From IMG/VR virus record IMGVR_UViG_3300031994_000045, positions 1 to 64,000 of that record: DNA of 64,000 bases; one strand, 5' to 3'. Positions 60,626 through 64,000 of the stretch are shown here, piece by piece; position 1 is the first letter of the stretch, and every line of letters starts with the position of its first letter. The notes under the pieces were generated by a model. That model ran no database searches and had not been told where the DNA came from. It worked only from the letters and a program-made list of their open reading frames with translations. Made by a program: the position numbers and the translations under genes. This DNA is from a virus. Its lineage: Duplodnaviria; Caudoviricetes.

Positions 60626-61015
60626 ATGCTGACAAAAGAAATGCTGGAAGCGCCGGCCACGATACACGCGCCCGTGACGCTGACGGAGAACCACGTGATC
60701 CACGTGGACGTGGACAAGTTCTTCCGCGACAGGTTCGTCGCGCACGACACGGTGGCGACGATCGAGAAGGAGTACTACTCCGGCGGGGCGCGACCCCTCG
60801 TCGAGACCGAAGCGTCGAATCCGACGTACCTCGCGAGGTTCATGTCCACGATAGCCGCCTTCCACGCGGCCGTTCGCGCGCCGATTACGGAGACGTGGAA
60901 GGGCCCCGGAGTGTACAGGGTGGCCGTGGAGTACGGCCTGTCGCAGTCGCAGGACTGGGACAAGCTCGACGACATCCTCGTGACCGCAAAGCGGATACGG
61001 GATCTGCCGTATTGA
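60626..61015 (+). CDS. Hypothetical protein (129 aa)
   Basis: AAAGGA RBS before ATG 60626. Confidence 0.75.
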   Translation: MLTKEMLEAPATIHAPVTLTENHVIHVDVDKFFRDRFVAHDTVATIEKEYYSGGARPLVETEASNPTYLARFMSTIAAFHAAVRAPITETWKGPGVYRVAVEYGLSQSQDWDKLDDILVTAKRIRDLPY

Positions 61016-61164
61016 CAACTTCGCCAGACCCGCAACACGCGTCTGGACGCTCGGGGAGCCGACGTGCGGTGGCGCGACGTCGGCCCGGAAAGTCGTCACC
61101 GACAGAAGACGCCGGGGCCAGCAGGACCCCGTGAAAGGCCTGCGCAAGGCGGTGGGAGCCCGCT

Positions 61165-61221
61165 TGCGCCTCTCAGGGAAAGCCCGGCGCCGGGCAGGCG
61201 GTTCGAGTCCGCGGAGGCGCA
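61165..61221 (+). ncRNA. D-armless tRNA-like element
   Basis: TGCGCCTC/GAGGCGCA stem enclosing a GCCCGG/CCGGGC hairpin and a T-arm GCGG-TTCGAGT-CCGC. Confidence 0.4.
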
Positions 61222-61593
61222 TCCTTGATTTTGGCCGGGATTCCGCTAACGGTACCTAATGCGGGGAGATTCCGGCCTTTTCGATTTCCTTCCCGTCCGG
61301 AAGGGACAGGAGCCGCGAGGACCCCGCGGCGCCGGCCATGTGAGCCTGAAACCACGGCAAGCGCCTCCGCGAGGGGGTTCCGTCGATACGGTCGACGGCG
61401 CATGACAGGCTAAAATTGCACTCGTGCCGCCCAGGGACGGTACATCCTGAAGGCGGGAAAGACGGATCCAGTCAGCCACGGACAAGTGCGTCTCCGTGCA
61501 ACTTTTCATGCAGACCGATGAACCCAGCCGGCCGGACGCGGCACGGAGGCGGAGGTCTGCGCCGGGAGCTATTTGACCTCACGAAAGGAGAAC

Positions 61594-61950
61594 ATGATGG
61601 ACAGGATGATAAAGTTCGAGCGCGTAAAGCAGATCGCGCTCGAGGACGTCCGGGCGATCTCGGACAGGCTCGGCGCAGGCGGAGGGTCGTTATGGTCTTC
61701 CGCGGCCCGTGCGCTGGTCGCCGCCATGAAGACGTACGTAGACGGCAAGCCGATCCGCGCCCGCCGCGTTGCGCTGATGATCCAGGACAAGGTTCGCGAG
61801 TTCATCCGCGGGCTCGACGTGCGCCGCGTCGGCGAGCTGATGGAGCTGATCCCGAAGGGCCTGGACGACAGGCTCCCGAGGTGGCTCTACGGCCCCGTGG
61901 ACGCGTATCTCGAGGACGAGGGCTGGGTCCTCGTGCCGGGAGCCGCGTAG
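61594..61950 (+). CDS. Hypothetical protein (118 aa)
   Basis: AAAGGAG RBS. Confidence 0.75.
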   Translation: MMDRMIKFERVKQIALEDVRAISDRLGAGGGSLWSSAARALVAAMKTYVDGKPIRARRVALMIQDKVREFIRGLDVRRVGELMELIPKGLDDRLPRWLYGPVDAYLEDEGWVLVPGAA

Positions 61951-62243
61951 ACCGCCAGGATCCCGCGCGACGCGAAACGCGTGGGAAAGCGCAGGACCTG
62001 CCGCCCGATGCGGCGCGGCCGCTCGCGTGAACCGGGCCGCGGAAAGGGCCGACCTGCCGCCGTAAGCGGCTCCCGTTTACCCGCCGCGCAAGGAACCGGG
62101 CGGTTGGGAGGAGTGAACCGATGCGCCGCTCCAAAGTACTGAGCGCCGGAGTCAGCCACGTACCGCCATGCGGTTGCGTGCAACCTTTCCGAGGTTCCCG
62201 CGGGTGCGGGGACTTCATCGTAAAAACGCAACCGGAGAAAGAG

Positions 62244-62573
62244 ATGACAAAGAAAAACCTAAAGGTCGGCGCCGCGTGGGCCCTGAACGCGTTCGTCGCC
62301 GCGGCGACGGCGCATTTCGCGGACTGCCCCGCCAAGGCGGCCCCATGGCTCGAGGCGGCGGAATACGTCCGCCCGGCCGTCGAGGCCGGCGACCGTCTCG
62401 CGACCCTGAAGGAGCTCAGGAAGCTCCCGACGTGGTCGCTCCAGTCCGTGGCCGAGGCCGCCGCGAAGATGCCGTTCCAGACGAAACGGTATCGCGCGAT
62501 CGCGTCCGGGCTCGTGACCGAGTTCGAGCGCCGTCGCGCCAAGGCCGCGGGCCCCGCGAAGGAGGGTATCTGA
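62244..62573 (+). CDS. Hypothetical protein (109 aa)
   Basis: GGAG RBS before ATG 62244. Confidence 0.7.
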   Translation: MTKKNLKVGAAWALNAFVAAATAHFADCPAKAAPWLEAAEYVRPAVEAGDRLATLKELRKLPTWSLQSVAEAAAKMPFQTKRYRAIASGLVTEFERRRAKAAGPAKEGI

Positions 62574-62574
62574 C

Positions 62575-62709
62575 ATGGGTATCCTCTCGGACGCCACCGT
62601 GCTGGCGCTCATGAACCACCCCGAGACGGTCGAGCCCGACGACCTGCGCATGCAGGACGAGATCGGGTTCGAGGCCTTCATCGAGGCCTGGAGAAGGGGG
62701 ATCCTGTGA
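62575..62709 (+). CDS. Small hypothetical protein (44 aa), not in the ORF track
   Basis: AAGGAGG RBS; MGILSDATVLALMNHPETVEPDDLRMQDEIGFEAFIEAWRRGIL; GTGA-coupled to the next gene. Confidence 0.65.
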   Translation: MGILSDATVLALMNHPETVEPDDLRMQDEIGFEAFIEAWRRGIL

Positions 62710-63107
62710 GCGCGAAGTTCACGCGTGTAGTGGAGGCCCTGGAGCGAGACTCCGGGGTCTCCGCGAGGACCGCGAACTGCCTGAAGAGGCTTTGCGCGGA
62801 GTTCGCGACGGAAGACGACTTCTTCCGGGCGACGAGGGGGGACCTGATGAGGGTCTGGGCCAAGCTCGAGCCGAACTCGAAGAAGGGCCTCGGCCAGAGC
62901 CTGTTCGACGCCTTCTCGAAGGCGTCCGCGCTCTGGACGTCGTCCGACGTCGAGAAGGCCGCGAGCCTCCCGGACCCGCTCGCGAGGCCCGCCACGCAGG
63001 AGCTTCTCCTGTGGATGGCGAGCTTCCTGGAGTCCAACAAGGTCGAGCAGATGTCCTTCGGGCGGCTGCTCGACATCTGGGACCAGGTCCAGGAGGCGAA
63101 GAGGTGA
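62706..63107 (+). CDS. RNA polymerase alpha-subunit CTD-like protein (133 aa)
   Basis: VSARTANCLKR...EDDFFRATRGDLM...KGLGQSLF resembles the alpha-CTD consensus LSVRSxNCLK...GDLVQxTExxLL...NLGxKSL. Confidence 0.55.
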   Translation: MSAKFTRVVEALERDSGVSARTANCLKRLCAEFATEDDFFRATRGDLMRVWAKLEPNSKKGLGQSLFDAFSKASALWTSSDVEKAASLPDPLARPATQELLLWMASFLESNKVEQMSFGRLLDIWDQVQEAKR

Positions 63108-63325
63108 GCCGCAGGAAGAATCCCCGGAAGCGCCCCTCGCGCACGAGGCGGCACCGCGAGTCGGTCGCCGCCAAGCGGCGGGCGCGCGCCTTCTGGGCGA
63201 TGCGCAGGAAGATGGAGTCGGCCGAGCCGCCGGAGCCCGCGTGGTTCAGGATCGCGCGGATATGGGCCGTGGCCCTGGCGGCCGGGTACTTCGCATGGAC
63301 AATCGTAAAGTGGGTAATGGAATAG
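63104..63325 (+). CDS. Small basic protein with a C-terminal transmembrane helix (73 aa)
   Basis: GTG overlaps the upstream TGA; Arg-rich N-terminus and IWAVALAAGYFAWTIV. Confidence 0.7.
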   Translation: MSRRKNPRKRPSRTRRHRESVAAKRRARAFWAMRRKMESAEPPEPAWFRIARIWAVALAAGYFAWTIVKWVME

Positions 63326-63337
63326 AAGGAGAAAGAC

Positions 63338-63829
63338 ATGGCAGAAAGCAGGTTTGACAGGTACGTCCGCGAGACTCTCGCGGACGAGACGAAGGCGCGC
63401 CGCGACGAGCTCGAGGCCGCCGTCGAGAAGGCGGAGGCCGACCTCCTCGCAAAGGAGAAGGCCTTCCAGGAGATCTCGGACGAGGCGTGCGCCGAGGCCG
63501 ACCGGAAGATCCGCGCCCTGGCGAGGAAGTGGGGATGGAAGACCGTCCCCGGCACGGAGGAGAGCCGGATCGTCGAGCCGTATTCCCTGAGAAACGGCCT
63601 CTCGAAGACGTTCGCCGATCTCCGCACCAGCTACGAACGCGTGAACGGCGTCTACGCGGACCGCTACGTCGGCGGCCCCGTGGCCGTCGCGCAGCGCAAG
63701 CTCGCCGAGTTCGACGAGGCCGTCGAGAAGGCCGCGCGCCGTCTCGTGGTCGTCAAGAAGGACCTCGGCATGAAGGCCGAGGCGTTCGACAAGGCGATGG
63801 CCGAGGCCGTCGCGAAGCTGCTCAAGTAA
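63338..63829 (+). CDS. Hypothetical coiled-coil protein (163 aa)
   Basis: AAGGAG RBS; strong codon bias. Confidence 0.8.
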   Translation: MAESRFDRYVRETLADETKARRDELEAAVEKAEADLLAKEKAFQEISDEACAEADRKIRALARKWGWKTVPGTEESRIVEPYSLRNGLSKTFADLRTSYERVNGVYADRYVGGPVAVAQRKLAEFDEAVEKAARRLVVVKKDLGMKAEAFDKAMAEAVAKLLK

Positions 63830-63843
63830 AAAGGACAAGAGGG

Positions 63844-64000
63844 ATGAAGCGCATAATCAACGGTCGTCTCTGGGACGACGCTTTCATGAACGACGTCGGA
63901 TCGCGGACCTTCGACAGGACCGACCCCGTGACGCAGGAGACCTGCACCTACCGCGAGGAGCTCAAGCGCGAGTACGTCCTCAAGGCGGGCCACACGCTCG
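63844..64000 (+). CDS. Hypothetical protein, 3'-partial (MKRIINGRLWDD...)
   Basis: AAGGA/GAGG RBS; open to the window edge. Confidence 0.65.
   Translation, partial: MKRIINGRLWDDAFMNDVGSRTFDRTDPVTQETCTYREELKREYVLKAGHTL

Noticed and set aside
60443-61221. Canonical tRNA genes
   Set aside because: T-loops are present, but neither element has the linear acceptor-D-anticodon-T order, an anticodon loop or CCA.
60335-62240. Hammerhead or other known small ribozymes in the structured spacers
   Set aside because: I could not find a CUGANGA...GAAA core or another recognisable catalytic consensus by eye; an Infernal search is needed.

Overview
This window is about 64 kb of a high-GC (roughly 65-70% by eye) tailed dsDNA bacteriophage genome, probably podovirus-like, using the standard genetic code. 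Positions 1-56445 hold the virion and morphogenesis module, almost all on the minus strand. In transcription order it contains tail and receptor-binding genes (with one inverted plus-strand unit at 48695-53099), terminase large subunit, portal, scaffold, major capsid, a head-tail adaptor, three ejection-protein-like genes, and a giant open-ended ORF (22286 to <1, at least 7,428 codons). The ORF track omits this giant gene because it has no stop codon inside the window. It carries crAss/phi14:2-type two-barrel RNA polymerase motifs (R-x-P ... GSDTDGD), two zincin-like HExxH/HExxxH motifs and glycine-zipper segments, so it is a candidate virion-packaged RNA polymerase polyprotein. From 56700 onward lies a divergent plus-strand early region of small genes. 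The first five are each preceded by a 22-nt non-sigma70 motif (TTTATTTTATCCTTRRTTGCGC), whereas the structural genes carry sigma70-type extended -10 promoters. The early region also contains an AT-rich origin-like tract, a circularly permuted tRNA-like RNA, other structured intergenic RNAs and an RNAP alpha-CTD-like protein. No integrase, CRISPR array, canonical tRNA, reverse transcriptase or recognisable lysin is visible. All protein calls rest on motif recognition and gene order by eye, not on database searches.
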